DNA of 64,000 nt from Glycera tridactyla (GCA_965644265.1 OZ286472.1:65410001-65474000); one strand, 5' to 3'; positions 1-12,888 are shown, counted from the first letter of the stretch. The notes: a model not told the origin generated them from the sequence alone. A program made the numbers and translations.

Positions 1-111
1 TCTCATTGGAGGTATATTTGACTATGTCAAATAGAGAAGAGCTGATAAAGAGTGGTCTCCCATTAGAGGGTGGTCTCCCAAAAGAGGGGTCTCTCAAGAC
101 AGGTTTCACTG
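1..111. mobile_element. Tc1/mariner-type TA-MITE, right part (family a)
   Basis: Near-identical to the 3' part of 3558-3735; ends ...GACAGGTTTCACTG followed by TA; truncated by window edge. Confidence 0.8.
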
Positions 112-323
112 TATGATGAGAGACCTCCCTACTAGAGACTACCTTTGATTTCGAATCACAAGAAACCCCAACAACTGTAAACTAATGGCTACTAAAACTG
201 CATACAAACTCTGCGCTCTATCTCCACTCATTCTGGTCCGATTTCCATGATCTAAATTCTAAAATAATCAGGATGAAGTGCTCTTTTCTGGAATAATTTG
301 CGGAATAATCACAACCCTGGTAC

Positions 324-545
324 CTTTTCTTTTGATTTTTGTGGCACAGCATCATCATACTCTGGGATGTGAAGCCAACACTTGACGTGGATGAAATCGT
401 AATCCAACTTGGCTTCGAATGGTTCTTGCTCCACCGTCACTAGGTCAGCATAATCGTATGTGACATCTGTCGTCCACACGATGGGCTGGTATTCGCAACG
501 TTTCAGCTTCTGGTCACCGAGTGTCGTCCGGTTAATGCGTATGAC
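324..545 (-). CDS. DUF229-family paralogue A, coding exon 3
   Basis: Acceptor tttcag|GTC at 545, donor AAG|gtacca at 324; 222 nt, phase 0-0; VIRINRTTLGDQKLKRCEY...EQEPFEAKLDYDFIHVKCW aligns without gaps to exon 3 of paralogue B. Confidence 0.88.
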
Positions 546-746
546 CTGAAATGGCCAAAGAATCCACCACAATTAATTCATAAGCTGGCATGATCCTCCA
601 GGAAAATTCCTCAGTAGAAAAGTTAAAGAGACAAATGTTCCACGTGACCTGAAACCAACAGGGAAATTCTGCGCTCGAATATAGAATTTATCAGTCATCA
701 GGGAAAGAATTCTAGATAATTCGAGGGAAATTCTTGAGAAGAGAAT

Positions 747-1002
747 TTTTGTTTGTTTGTTTGAGGTTTAACGGCATGTATCAACCCACAGGATTATTCA
801 TGCCATGTGTTCCTGGTTAATGAAAGCTAGATGTTCTTTCCCCTGCAGACATCACTCTCACGAACCCTGAACACAAGATGATGGGAAACCTGAAAGGTTG
901 TCAAGTGGAAGTAGCTGACAGTTCAAACACACCTCTACCTAATCTGAGCATATACATAATAAACCTATGATGGCATATCTAACTATATAGCTGTCTGGAA
1001 GC
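747..1002 (-). mobile_element. Dispersed SINE-like repeat with (AAAC)n tail
   Basis: Homologous over about 250 bp to 61612-61865; both begin on + strand with (GTTT)n. Confidence 0.55.
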
Positions 1003-1458
1003 TAACACCCAAGCCTGATAGCAATGCACTTTTTTTTCCCGCAAAGCTCAGCACTTGACACATGGGAAAGCATTAGGTTCGGAGAATCCTGAGAAGAGAA
1101 GAGAAGAGAAAGAGACAAATGTCCCACACAACCCAAAACCAATGGGACAATTCTGGGCTTGATGAGACAATTTCGCACCATCAGGAATGGAATCATATTC
1201 AGTTTTGTTCACAATGAACAGACAATAGTATTAGTGACAGTTCTTCTGAAGTACACTTGGAAGTAGCTTGAAGATGATGAAATTCTAGAATTCTAGAATA
1301 TGGGACATTTGAGAATTCACTGAGATTCTTCCCAAATCTCACTCCATGAATAACCCTGATACACCCGTAAATTTGACTGGGAAAATCAGACATGCACATT
1401 GAATATGTACAATTTGTTGGTATATGGGTCACATCATGGCGTGTAGCTGTTATGAATA

Positions 1459-1634
1459 CAGTAAAACCTGCTATAGTGTAATCCTATCTACAGTGAAATC
1501 CTGTTTACAGTGAAAAGAGAAATCTGGCCCGAACGTTTTTTTTTCACTATAATTGACCTGTATATAGTGAAATTCTGTCTACAGTGAAAAGGTAAATCTG
1601 GCCCCTGACTTTTCACTATGGACAGGTTTTACTG
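1459..1634. mobile_element. Tc1/mariner-type TA-MITE (family b)
   Basis: TIR CAGTAAAACCTG...CAGGTTTTACTG, TA on both sides, internal AGTGAAA subrepeats; 176 bp. Confidence 0.85.
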
Positions 1635-2003
1635 TATATCTGCTATGTGTGAACATTCTATGAATTCACTCTGAGTACAGTATACTGCCGTAAACACGCC
1701 CATACCAAGTTTCACAGGCATCATCTAATTGGACTCATCAGCAGCACCACCAGCCGAGTGTTTTCTATGTTACAAGTGTTTGCTCTGGGGTGTGACTGAA
1801 GTGAGACATTTGTCTCACCACTTCTCTGAATGTGAGACATTGCACTCAAATGTGAGATTGTCTCACATTCTCCATTCAACACTGGAATAGCGTATCTCAT
1901 CTGATGTGTTCTATCCAGGATTCACAGAATTGGGGGTATTCGCTTACAAAAGCTTGATATTGCCCTGATTGTCCCAAAAACAATCATCAAAAGGGCAAAT
2001 GTA

Positions 2004-2169
2004 GAGTAAAACCTGCTATAGTGAAATCCTTCCCACAGTGAAATCTTGTCTACAGTGAAAAGAAAAATCTGGCCCGAATGTTTTTTTTTCACTATGATTG
2101 ACCTGTATCCTGTCTACAGTGAAAAGAAAAATCTGGCCCATGACTTTTCACTATAGACAGGTTTTACTG
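2004..2169. mobile_element. Tc1/mariner-type TA-MITE (family b, second copy)
   Basis: Homologous to 1459-1634; (C>G)AGTAAAACCTG...CAGGTTTTACTG, flanked by TA. Confidence 0.85.
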
Positions 2170-3557
2170 TAGTTGACTTATGAGTGTTTGGCAGTATTCA
2201 TCCATACCTAATCGACTTTTGAGCGCGTGAGGATGTCCCAGATAAGTCGACATCATTGTCATGCACGCACGGAGAGATCAATCTGGCAATATACCATAAT
2301 CATTGATTCATTTACAGATGAGAGGCAGGCCTAACATTATAAATGAAGCACATCTGGCTCGTGACTGCTAACAGGGGACCTATACAATAAAATCCCTCGT
2401 GATTGTCATTCTCGATGAGTTCGTAACTCACAGCTGGCAGTGTCAGCTCTAACGCAAGTCTGAGTTGGGGCATTTGTCCCATCTACTCTCAAAATTAGGA
2501 CAACACCCTTGGAATTAGGGACACAGGTTTTGGTAGCTTCACAGATGTATCTAGAAATTCCAAATTTGGGGCCAAATGGCCCTTTCGATTAACAAGTTGG
2601 GGCCAACATCAGAATTTAGGGAGCCAATTTAAGGAAATTTTGCAAAATCCTCAAAAAATATGAGGGATTTGGCCCTGCATCATTTCGAAAAAGAGCCAAA
2701 GATAAGGAATGTGTGTCAATTGACCAACTCCCCCCTCCTAGATACAAAACTGTTAGCTTGTATCTCAGCAAAAAATTGTTATAGAGTACATTTGATGAAG
2801 ATCAATGTTGTGAAGAGAACATCGCAGAGAGGGAAATGTAAGGAGTAGAAGGTGTATCAAAAACAAGGCTTAATTTACGACTGGTGAGTGCTCTGTCACT
2901 GAGGTCAAAATTCGACATGCTATTTAGAGGCTGACTTGGCCATTAGAATAGACACTGCTGGTGCACCAGTTGGTACAAAATGGGCGATGCACTCTTAAAT
3001 TGAGATGACATGCTTCATGTTACAATTCCAGCTTGCCAATTGCTGCCAAAAATGTTCGGGAAAGAACAATGCATGCTTTTGTATTACTCATTATGAAAAA
3101 TATTTTTGTTTATTTCAGAAAATATTTGAAAATGGTACAAAAGTGAAGCTTCAAAGAATGATCTCTTGACAAATTCAACACACGGTGATCAGGAACTTAT
3201 ACATAACGGAAAGTTTCATCAAAGGTATTTGGACAAACCGGGATCATTTGACAGTTTGTATGCAGCTCATATGATACCACCGACAGAAATCACACAATCA
3301 TAATAATTCAAATAAATTGATAAATATAAACACATCTGTTGCCCATCTTATCTTATACATGTTTGTTGCCAATTAAGTATGCTAAATCTATCGATATATG
3401 AGAGGTGAGCAAAGTACATGTACACGGAGATACTGTACACATTTGATATAATACATCATATACCACTTTCTGCAGTATGTCCGGCAGTTCTAAAGGAGAC
3501 ATTTCGATGGCTCAGCGCAATACTTTACAATAGACAAAGTGAAGAGTTAGCCTAGTA

Positions 3558-3735
3558 CAGTAAAACCTGTCTTGGGAGACCGCCCCAAACACCAACGAAA
3601 AGTGGCCTCTCAAGACAGGTGGTCTCTCATTGGAGGTATATTTGACTATGTCAAATAGAGAAAAGCCAATGAAGAGCAGTCTCCCATTAGAGGGTGGTCT
3701 CCCAAAAGAGGGGTCTCTCAAGACAGGTTTCACTG
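3558..3735. mobile_element. Tc1/mariner-type TA-MITE (family a, full copy)
   Basis: TIR CAGTAAAACCTGTCTTGGGAGACC / GGTCTCTCAAGACAGGTTTCACTG; TA TSD; 178 bp. Confidence 0.88.
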
Positions 3736-3945
3736 TATTGCGCTGAGCCATCGATTTGTAGTTTTGAAAATGCCTAATGAGTTTGCATTCTTCAATTATA
3801 TTGATAAAGAGTTCCAGACGTGTGATCCAAAGACAGTTATGCTACAGTCTCCAAAATGTGTTCTAGTTCTAGGTACTAAGATTGTTTCCTTGAATGTGGC
3901 GCTCGTGTTACTGCTGTGTCCAAAATCTATACTCTGTATGGAATT

Positions 3946-4167
3946 CAGGGCTCTACATTAACTTATTTCTTCAGCTGTCTTTTGGGCAGGTGAAGTGGGG
4001 ATTTTACCTGTCCTCACTGTCATTTTCACCTGCCCTCCTGCATATAATCATAGTTCAAATAAGGGTTGGAAACCTGCCCATTGGGCAGACAGATTTATGA
4101 AATCACCTGCCCTAACAGCAAATCTATCTGCCTGTGCCAGTTGGGGAACCATTAGCGTAGAGCCCTG
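3946..4167. mobile_element. MITE with CAGGGCTCTAC TIRs (hAT-like termini)
   Basis: 11-bp TIR CAGGGCTCTAC/GTAGAGCCCTG; partial inverted copy near 39728-39815; no clear 8-bp TSD. Confidence 0.55.
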
Positions 4168-4389
4168 TAAATCTGATGAATCTAAAGAAATATGCGCAAA
4201 AGAGCCCGCCTGAAAAAGATGTTTAACTTTGGGATCCACCCGCCCAACAGCAATTTTGGCAGGCCCAGGACGTTTGGGAGGCAATGTCTTCGCGCCCTGG
4301 TTCTCCTCCCTACTTTTCAGATCCCTCTACATGAACTGTTCTAAAGTAATTGTGACCTATCTAGGTTTTTATGTGAGGTATATGAACTA

Positions 4390-4566
4390 CAGTCAAACCT
4401 GCTCTAAAGACCACCTCTCTATAAAGACCACCTCTCTATAAAGACCACCTGAGCTGCGACCGTGGTTGTATTTTCAAGAGTAAATGACCTGTCTATAAAG
4501 GCCACCTGCCCATAAAGACAGCTTTTTTATGCGAGCGAACGCGGTCTTTATAGACAGGTTTGACTG
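4390..4566. mobile_element. Tc1/mariner-type TA-MITE (family c)
   Basis: CAGTCAAACCTG...CAGGTTTGACTG with TA flanks, internal TATAAAGACCACC subrepeats; 177 bp. Confidence 0.88.
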
Positions 4567-4639
4567 TATATTCCCATAATCAAGAAGTGGGAGGATAAGA
4601 GATTTATATAACATAAGCGAAATATCAGTATCTAATCAA

Positions 4640-4890
4640 GATGGAATGGCCCCCACAGACCTGACATGACGCCCCCTTGTTTCTGGATGGAGGGGCACAT
4701 TTCAGAAAGCCCAATCGATGCATCTAAATGGAATTGTCTTTTCTGTTTCCACCTGGCCACACCACCAAGCTCATTTCTTCCATTTATTTGAAACATCATG
4801 ACTTTTTCTGGAAAAAAACCCATGCCCCTTCGAAGAACACCCTTATTTTCCTGAAAAGGCCCCCTTTTCTTCAGAGTGCGCGTCCCCCTC
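4640..4890 (+). repeat. Dispersed repeat (second copy about 13365-13640)
   Basis: Shared CCCCACAGACCTGACA...CCCCTTGTTTCTGGATGGAGGGG...CACCTGGCCACAC.ACCAAGCTCATTTCTTC. Confidence 0.6.
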
Positions 4891-4929
4891 ATCTCAATTT
4901 CTAGATAATGGTTACATAATCCTGAACAC

Positions 4930-5340
4930 TGGTGTTGGGCCAATGATTGGAAAATAACCGATGATTGATTGGAATCAGTACCAATTCTGATGATTGACCG
5001 GAAAATTTGCAATCAATCACAATTGGTCCAATATATACAAGATCAATCTTCATGCATGCAAATGCTAGAAAATTGGATATTCTGCTAAATTACAATGTGA
5101 CTGGCTGCATTCAGGCTCATCACTTTGATAATTCCAGTATTGGGTACACTAGTATGGGCACATGTGCAGAAACTAAGTGTCGCACTCTTCTTTCACTCAA
5201 GTAAGGATTACCAAAACCAAGTCTCCAATCACCCTAGTGACTGATAGGATGCAGGATGGCCGAACCAATTGCAACCGATCATCGGTTGGTTCAGTCCAAC
5301 CAATCATCAATGGTGAATTTGCAACTGATTCCCAACACTA
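4930..5340. mobile_element. hAT-type MITE
   Basis: Termini TGGTGTTGGG / CCCAACACTA; perfect 8-bp TSD CTGAACAC (4922-4929, 5341-5348). Confidence 0.88.
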
Positions 5341-5376
5341 CTGAACACTGGAAACTGACTGAGGATCATTGCTCAC

Positions 5377-5591
5377 CCCTTTGTCCAGGTACGTGATATA
5401 CGGTCCGACACATTCGAGTTTGGGCATTCGATAGAACGCATCCTTGTTGGCATCATTTTCGAGGCTGAGTCGCGGCGTACTGCACATCTGGATGGCAACT
5501 TCATCATCAATATCCTCGAGGACCAGTTTACGACTATTGCCTTTGCGCTGCGGCCGCGGATTTCTCAGCTTCCATGCCGCCATACCAGTGC
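5377..5591 (-). CDS. DUF229-family paralogue A, coding exon 2
   Basis: Acceptor tttcag|GC at 5591 (phase 1), donor GGG|gtgagc at 5377; 215 nt, same length as exon 2 of B; C..PRLSLENDANKDAFYRMPKLECVGPYITYLDKG. Confidence 0.88.
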
Positions 5592-7200
5592 CTGAAACAG
5601 ACAAACAAATTACCAAACTAGATGCAATCAGTGATTGCAAGTGCTCTACTGACTGCGCAGTTGGTCATGCTATGCCTCAGAATTCCCAAGCATATTCTAT
5701 GCAATGCAGATACTATGCAACATAGTGCTCTGCCCTGCCCACTTCTCTGATTACCCTGAAATCCAATAAAGCTGAATCAGTTCTGTAGTCTGAAACTTCG
5801 CTAGCTGTATCCATTGCCGAATTATTGCCCGGCAATTGAATGACAGCCAAATATGACCTTCTCACACTCAGGCAACCGTAAAATCCAACGTAGCAAATCC
5901 AAAATCGATTCAGTTCTGTACCCTAGCCTTCTGAATGCACCTGCAAAGTTTCAGTTGGGTAGCTGCATTCATTTGAGAATTATCTTTCGTTGGGGGGGGG
6001 GGGGGGCATAACAAGACATGAGACAAGACATGGCAGGTCAGGTCAACATGGCTGCAGTGTTTGTCAAACCACTTTGGACAAATTCGACGTAATATCTCAA
6101 TGTCCGGCGTGAGCCACTATTACATCAAACACTTTTGTCCGGCAACAACAAATGCTGAGAAATTACGGAACACCCAGGAGCAGCCTGATGTCAATGAGGA
6201 GGGGTCATATTTTAGGAGCCTTTGTTAAATGATCATGAAAGTGACTGTACCTCTTCCTGCTATTCGGACTCCCCTCTTACATAAGCGGATGTATTATACA
6301 CCCAGATCTGACCTTGATAAGAGGGGGTGAGAGATGTCTGGGGCTAGAGGGGAACAAGCACTGAGGGTCAAGCAGCATCACCTAATCTAATTAGTGCATG
6401 GAATACCTCAAGGTGGTTGACTTTTTCTCCCAAACATTATCATGAAGTGGTACTCATGGATATCAACACTGTTAGTCAAGTTAGTACAAAAACCTCACAT
6501 GGCAGGTATGGATTGCCATAAAATTTCCAAACTATGTTTTTAATGTGCAAATTCAAGATGACCCCCAGTGTACATTCCCAATCTTGCGCTAGGTATTGCT
6601 TTTCAATTTAATCATGGATACGTTTGTTTTCCCATGTCTTTCATGATCAAAACTGGTACTGGTGAATGGATCAAGATTGCTTGTACAGTGATCGAAACAT
6701 TGCGATCATTCAACAATTTTGTTTTAAAGTGAGTGAATTTCAATTCATCATCAGCAGATGAGTAGTTTGTTCAAAGGTGGATTTCATTCCGGACGTTATG
6801 ATTGGGCAAAACACTTCATTGAAAACATTCCTGCATCGATAGGTGACGAACGAAGCTACATGATCTGATTCTAAAAAGCCCCATCAAAAAATCATACGAT
6901 TGCTTTGAGTTCAACTTTTCAGTAATTGTGGAGCGATTCAGCTAACTGGGTCACCCGCATGCTTTTACTTGTATCATGACCAATAACCATTATCACGATA
7001 GATAAATACATCACAGAGATGTGGGTGAATACAGATAGTTAAAAGTATCCGTGCTATGACCTAATTACCATTAAGAATTTTAACGATGGACTCTACCTCG
7101 ATGAATAATCATTTATGTATTTGATACTGGTGTATTGTGACTTGCAACTGTATTTAAGAAGTGCGTGCCTCGACTTTTTAACACATTTTTTTCGTTTCAG

Positions 7201-7288
7201 TTGATGTTGAGAAGCATTCTGTCTATTACATCCACCATGAAGGCATTCTGTGTGTTCGCCACCTTACTGCTTGCTATAGGAATGGTCG
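7201..7288 (+). CDS. Candidate signal-peptide exon of an unknown antisense nested gene (ATG at 7237)
   Basis: Acceptor ttttttcgtttcag, Kozak-like CCACCATG, MKAFCVFATLLLAIGMV, phase-1 donor G|gtaaaa; downstream exons not identified. Confidence 0.4.
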
Positions 7289-7462
7289 GTAAAATTTGCT
7301 CATTCATTTGTTTGTCTGTTTGTTCATTCGTTCATTCACTCATTAGTATTCTTTTGATGTACTGTTCATTAGTCGTTCAACAAAATGCAACTTGTACATT
7401 TTCGAATGAAATTGCCTAGATGAGTTTGCCATAGATCTGACAAAGTGTATTGACATGACGAG

Positions 7463-7929
7463 TAGTGGTAGGCCGATGATCGAATATACTCGATGATTGG
7501 TCATTCACATCGCCGAACCAAGCGCTTACTCGCGAAAGTCAACAATTGATTTGATCGGAATAATCATCTCACAAAATACAAAATTTGGGTTGAAAGATCC
7601 ATCATATATCGGTGAATTTGATGTCGAATTTGAGGCGAAAAGCGGTTTCATTCGTTCGCTGGCGGAGAAACGTAACTGCCGCCGCCATTTTGATTGTTGA
7701 CAAGTCCGATAGTTTCGAAAAAGACCACTGCGAGGTGATGGCGCTACACGTATGGTTCCCGGACCAACCGCTAGATGTTGAAATTGTCCGCGCGCCACAC
7801 TCCCCCACCTGGCGGCTGGAAAAGGAACCAGACTAAATGATTATCCGCGCCAACCAATCGTAACCAATCATCGGTTGGTTGGGCCCAACCGATGATCGAT
7901 TGTAAACACCCAACCAATTCCCAACACTA
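7463..7929. mobile_element. hAT-type MITE (same family as 4930-5340)
   Basis: Termini TAGTGGTAGG / CCCAACACTA; 8-bp TSD ATGACGAG/ATGATGAG (1 mismatch). Confidence 0.85.
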
Positions 7930-9007
7930 ATGATGAGCAATCACCACTCTCCGAAATATCAAGGATAATATAACTCACAGTGAGGCAGCTGGAACGCCAC
8001 GGGCGGGCGGCTCGTGCCTCGCACCAATAGGCGCCATCCTAGATTCATTATGGAGGAATAGTTATATGAGCTGAGAAACTGTCTTGGCGACCAAATTTTG
8101 GATCAGTTTGCTACTGAAAAAAATTGCCTGCCATCCAAAATTTTTTTTTGAAGATTTTTCCAAACACAGAAACCCTGCAATATCAATGTTATTTTGTAAG
8201 TACCCTTCACATCAACATCTTCCAATGTCTCAATGCTAGCTGAGCAATTCAAATCATCACCTGAGTTATCAGGTTCACTATCATGAAAGACCTCAAGAAC
8301 CATAGTGACCTTGCCTCCAAATCACGGCACCCTTGATCATTGTCAGTTCTCCATTAATGTCAGAATGTAATATGCCCATAGTAAAGGAGGTTCATGAGTG
8401 CGAGGGGATTGAAATTTCAGTTTGGGGAAGCAGATAATGGCAGGGTGAAGTTATGTGACATCCAGATTTTCTCACATTTCTATGTCCTATGTCCTTGCAG
8501 CTATATCTCCGTCCTTTCTGTACAAACCAAAATATCACAGAATTTGAGACTTCCAGGGATTGTTCATTAATGTTGCCAGGGCACATTTTGACTTACTATC
8601 TCAGAATATTATCATCCTATCTCAAAATTTCAACTTACTATCCCCAAATTTTGACTTACTATCTCAAAATTTTGACTAGTTATTCCTTTTTTTTACTTGT
8701 TTTTTTTAATACTTTTTTAATGATGGCCCTATCTGGCTACACCTGATACAGTCTCACATTGCTTTTTTGTACACTGTACCTTGGAAGATCACGTTGCAGA
8801 AAGTTTTACATTATGTCTTCTTGAAATGTGATCATGGCCTACATGAAAACAATTTTGACCCACTATGAATGCCTTTGTGAAATTCATTTCTAGGTGACAG
8901 GTGCATGTACTAATCTGAATCAGTGCTCGTATGCAGCAATCTCAATTTCCGAAATTTGTGAGTAAGTAAATGAGATGTGCCGCCGCCACCACATGTATTT
9001 ACATGCA

Positions 9008-9070
<63 letters not shown>

Positions 9071-9074
9071 ACAC
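9008..9074. repeat. (CA)n microsatellite
   Basis: Direct reading. Confidence 0.95.
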
Positions 9075-9218
9075 CCGCTCCAACCACCCCCTCCCCACCC
9101 CAATCACCCTCTTTCCACCCCAGCCACACCCCTATACCCAGCAACAGTCATTATTGTCACCCTTTTTTGACTGAAAATGGGATGGATACATTAATAAGAT
9201 TTGCCGGGGTCTATCAAT

Positions 9219-9688
9219 TAGCGGTGGGCCGATGATCGAATAAACTCGATGATTGGTCATTCATATTGCCGAACCAAGCACTTACTTACAAAAATTCAAC
9301 AATTGATTCAATCGAAACAATCATCGCACAAACGTAGGATTGAAACGCACATCATATATCGCTGAACTTGCCGTGAAAATCAAGGTATAAACACTGATAA
9401 AGCGGTTTTATTCGTTGGCGGTCAGAGAAACTAACAAGCCGCCGCCATTTTGGTTATTGACAGTCCGATAGTTATGAAAAAGACCGCCGCAAGGTGGCGG
9501 CGCTACATGTGCGATCAATTTCTGGCCGATCCAGCAGGTGGGGGTGTGTGGCGCGCTTACAATTTTGACATCTAGCGGATTGAAGAGGAACCAGACTGAT
9601 CATGCGCTTCAACCGATTGTAACCAATCATCGGATGCTTGCTCCCAACCGATGATCGATTGCGGACATGCAACCGATTCCCAACACTA
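9219..9688. mobile_element. hAT-type MITE (third copy)
   Basis: Colinear with 7463-7929, ends CCCAACACTA; only CTA of the TSD is visible on the right before another repeat begins. Confidence 0.8.
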
Positions 9689-11311
9689 CTAGGGCTTGGA
9701 CTTTTCCGTGTTATCTGCATCACGGCGGAATTCACGGAATGGACCATAGAACACGGAATTGAGCGAAAAATCGGAATTCGCGGAATTTGGCATCATATCA
9801 CGGCAAAAATCGATAAGACGGAAAAGATTCATGTAGGAGGATGCAGACGGAATCAAAATTAACACCGAATTCGCAGTAAATAAACACGGTAAAAGCAGAA
9901 TATCGAACGTCTTGTACGAACGAAATGTTTCTTCACCTTGCGTCGCCATCTTGGATGTTGACATCTCGCCGCAAGTGTCGCGCTGGGATCACGTCTTGGA
10001 CAATGTTCAAATTTCCTGCCAAATAAAAGCCAAGAAGAAGGCCGGATCAACATGGCCGCGCTCAGAGATGAAGCTGCCGCTTTCGACGATTCCACTGCTT
10101 CTGGCGAATATTCGACGGATTTATATAATTTATGCATGGATATGATACAATCAGATATCCGGTATCTCATTCATATGATCGTTTTCACTGGGAGTTCTAT
10201 ATTTCTTGGTTAAACTAGCGTTGAAAGCAATGTGCGCATTTGCGGAAGCCATGTGTCTGAGACGCAGTCTGGCATTCTACCAGTCTACTTGTCAGAGCCG
10301 GCCGGCAACTTCCGCCTCAATTTGTGAAGAAACTTTCAGAAATATCGACATGCCATCTCCACAAACGTGTAAAGGATGTTCTTTTGAACGTAACAATATA
10401 TGATTTATGCAGTTTTGACCAGATTTCTCGGCGAGATGACAGAAATTCCACATGAAAGTCATCATAGAAAATTTGCACTTCACTCTTCATTTGGCGAATA
10501 TTCGTCGTATTTACGTCGTATTTTCATGCCCCACACAAAAAGAATGTAAGGAATACATCTATCGAATGTTTTTATGTTTTTTAACGGATTTTGGTTATTT
10601 CTGGGGTTATTTTCGCCATCGAGGCCAGGACAAGCACTTGCCCAAACACAAATTTCACTTGCCCCGGGCAATAGGGCAACCCTAAATGTCAAGCCCTGTC
10701 ATGGCAAGCTGGTGCATGTGCATTGATGCATGTCACGATACTGGTAGGTATGCAGTGAAGGTTTGATCATCTCAGCATCAAACACGGAAAACACAGAATA
10801 ATGGAGGTTTCTTGGTCGCTGGTCGCGGAAAATGCAGAATAAGCAGAAATTTCTGCAAAACAGAAAGAAAACGGATAACACTGAATTCATCTTATTCCGT
10901 AAAAACAGTTTTTGGTGATTCTTGCATAATCACTCAATTAGCCTAATTACCAAGTCATCAATGAGAATTTCACACAAAACACGACCAGGATGTGGGTGTA
11001 ATGCTTGGTTCTGTCTAATAAAACAATCAGAATCAAAATCTATCAAGAAATAAGGGAGGAGATGCAATGTCTGTGAATTGTGGACGACGATTTTTTGAAA
11101 AACGTGACCAACTTTTGTGGGCAACGCTTATATCTCACCAATGAAACAATCAGAATCTAAATCAATTCAGCATCCCCTTCTTCAATGAGAGAGCATCTCT
11201 CCCCATAAAGTCAATTTCTAGATAGGACACTGCATTTCCAGCAGGATAGCGATTTTCAGAATATGCCCACAGTCTATATATATGCAAACCCTGAAAGAAA
11301 AATCGACATAC

Positions 11312-11462
11312 CTTCCTCCGTTAGTTTCCTGAGTTCTGCATCTGCATCCGACGATGTGGTGTAGAGGTTGATGACCAAGATGGTGGCGGTGACGAGGATA
11401 CAGAGGATCATCAACATCCGAATCTGAGGACGATAACGGCGACAATTCCGCATCAGACCCAT
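11312..11462 (-). CDS. DUF229-family paralogue A, coding exon 1 (type II signal anchor)
   Basis: MGLMRNCRRYRPQIRMLMILCILVTATILVINLY...: basic N-terminus then hydrophobic run; donor GAAG|gtatgt, phase 1 matching exon 2; acceptor tttttcgtag 12 nt before ATG; homologous to 61417-61576. Confidence 0.82.
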
Positions 11463-12564
11463 CTCCGATAACTCCTACGAAAAATAAATACGATAGAGGT
11501 GACCCGATTTGCTCAGAAACTGACTCGAGTGAATGGAAATGGCAGGGTTCCCTCTATAGATTAAGCATTTTAGCTATAGCATATCAGTGGTCAAATTATA
11601 AACAAATATTCAATTTGCTAAGATGATTTGCTATTTCAAAAGTAATCTTCAATTTCTGGGATAATTTTACGCTGTGCCCTGTGGCAAATGGCACAAAAAC
11701 TGCAAAAGGGCACATTAAACCATATATCTTGTGCCCAGAAGGCACATGGAATTTTCCATACTTTGATATGATTACATGGTTTGAGGCACACACAAATCTG
11801 AAATGGCACATGAAATCTGCATCAATGGGCTCAAAAGACCCATTAATATTCCTGAGCAAGATAATCCCTGAATTTGGATGGCACAATATTTGTCACCGAG
11901 CAATGATTCTTATCACATGGATGTGCCATCTTCAGTGAAGTATCAGGCGTTGAGTATTGCACGTGATACTTCGCAACTGGGTGAGAACTACTTTTTGATG
12001 GTATCTCCCCTCATCCATGTGATAAAAGCAAGACTAGTCATAACGTACTCTCACACAAGATGTTGGCTGCTGTGTTCTAGTTAAACTCCTGACAACGCAC
12101 GAACAACTGGAATTTAGCCCCTCCACGGGAGAAGTACATCTAACATTGTGGGTGAATTTCAGAATTTTTTTCCATCATTATTTGTGTCCTCTTGCTCAAA
12201 ATTTGTCAGTGTTACTAACAGGAATGTTTAGAGTTGCTGCATCGCTCAGCTGCATACTATCTTATGGTTGAAAATGTCATGTATTTGGGTAGTCCAGACT
12301 GGTGCAAATGAGCAGCAAGCAGCTTGGCATTGTGACAGGTACAGCCTGGTTTACAGTGTATGGTACCCAGACATGAGTTACTAACACCATTTTGGGAAGC
12401 AAAGTTGCATTATGTGGGAAAAATCAAGATTACACAGAGTCCTGGCATGCATAAATATGATCCAGCATTGCCTATAGTGTGAACCTGTGAGTAAAAGTGA
12501 TAGTTAACTTGAAAAATGACCACAAAATCAACATTTTGTTCTGACATTAGCGACCATGCACATA

Positions 12565-12708
12565 CAGTCAAGCTTTGTGTGGTTAGAGCAAGTTCATGCT
12601 TAGTACAGGTCAATTATAGTGGAAAATACTTTGATGGGATGAGGAAATACCTGTTGCTTAGGGCAAATTCTTGCTTAGTACAAGTCTTGCTTAGGACAAG
12701 TTCAACTG
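12565..12708. mobile_element. TA-MITE (family d, GCTTAG subrepeats)
   Basis: CAGTCAAGC...GTTCAACTG; homologous to 18526-18703. Confidence 0.7.
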
Positions 12709-12720
12709 CATAATCGAGTA

Positions 12721-12888
12721 GAGTTGAACCTAGGCCACATTCGGTTGCATTAAAATGTGACCTTAATGGGCAGGTGGTCTTCATAGGCAGGGCAATTACT
12801 GTTGAAAATGCTATCTGGGGGCAGCTCAGGGTGGTCTTTATGAGCAGGTGATCTTTATTGCGAGGTGGTTTCTCGAGCAGGTTCCACT
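12721..12888. mobile_element. Degenerate TA-MITE (family c, reverse)
   Basis: AGTTGAACCT...GGTCTTTAT...CAGGTTCCACT, similar to 29448-29625. Confidence 0.7.

Noticed and set aside
1700-1750. Minus-strand CTGATGAGTCC...GAAAC hammerhead-like string
   Set aside because: Stem II does not close next to GAAA and no stem I partner found
3119-3224. Plus-strand segment with good acceptor and donor
   Set aside because: Stops in all three frames; no independent support as an exon
8910-9235. ORFs with poly-HT/CV, poly-I, poly-M, PTYL or RE runs (also 20006-20369, 22468-22840, 38692-38932, 58974-60551)
   Set aside because: Translations of microsatellites and N-gaps
9690-10920. CGGAA-rich region with AGGGCTTG/CAAGCCCT ends as one hAT element
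   Set aside because: Probably TE-derived, but ends and TSD could not be paired consistently
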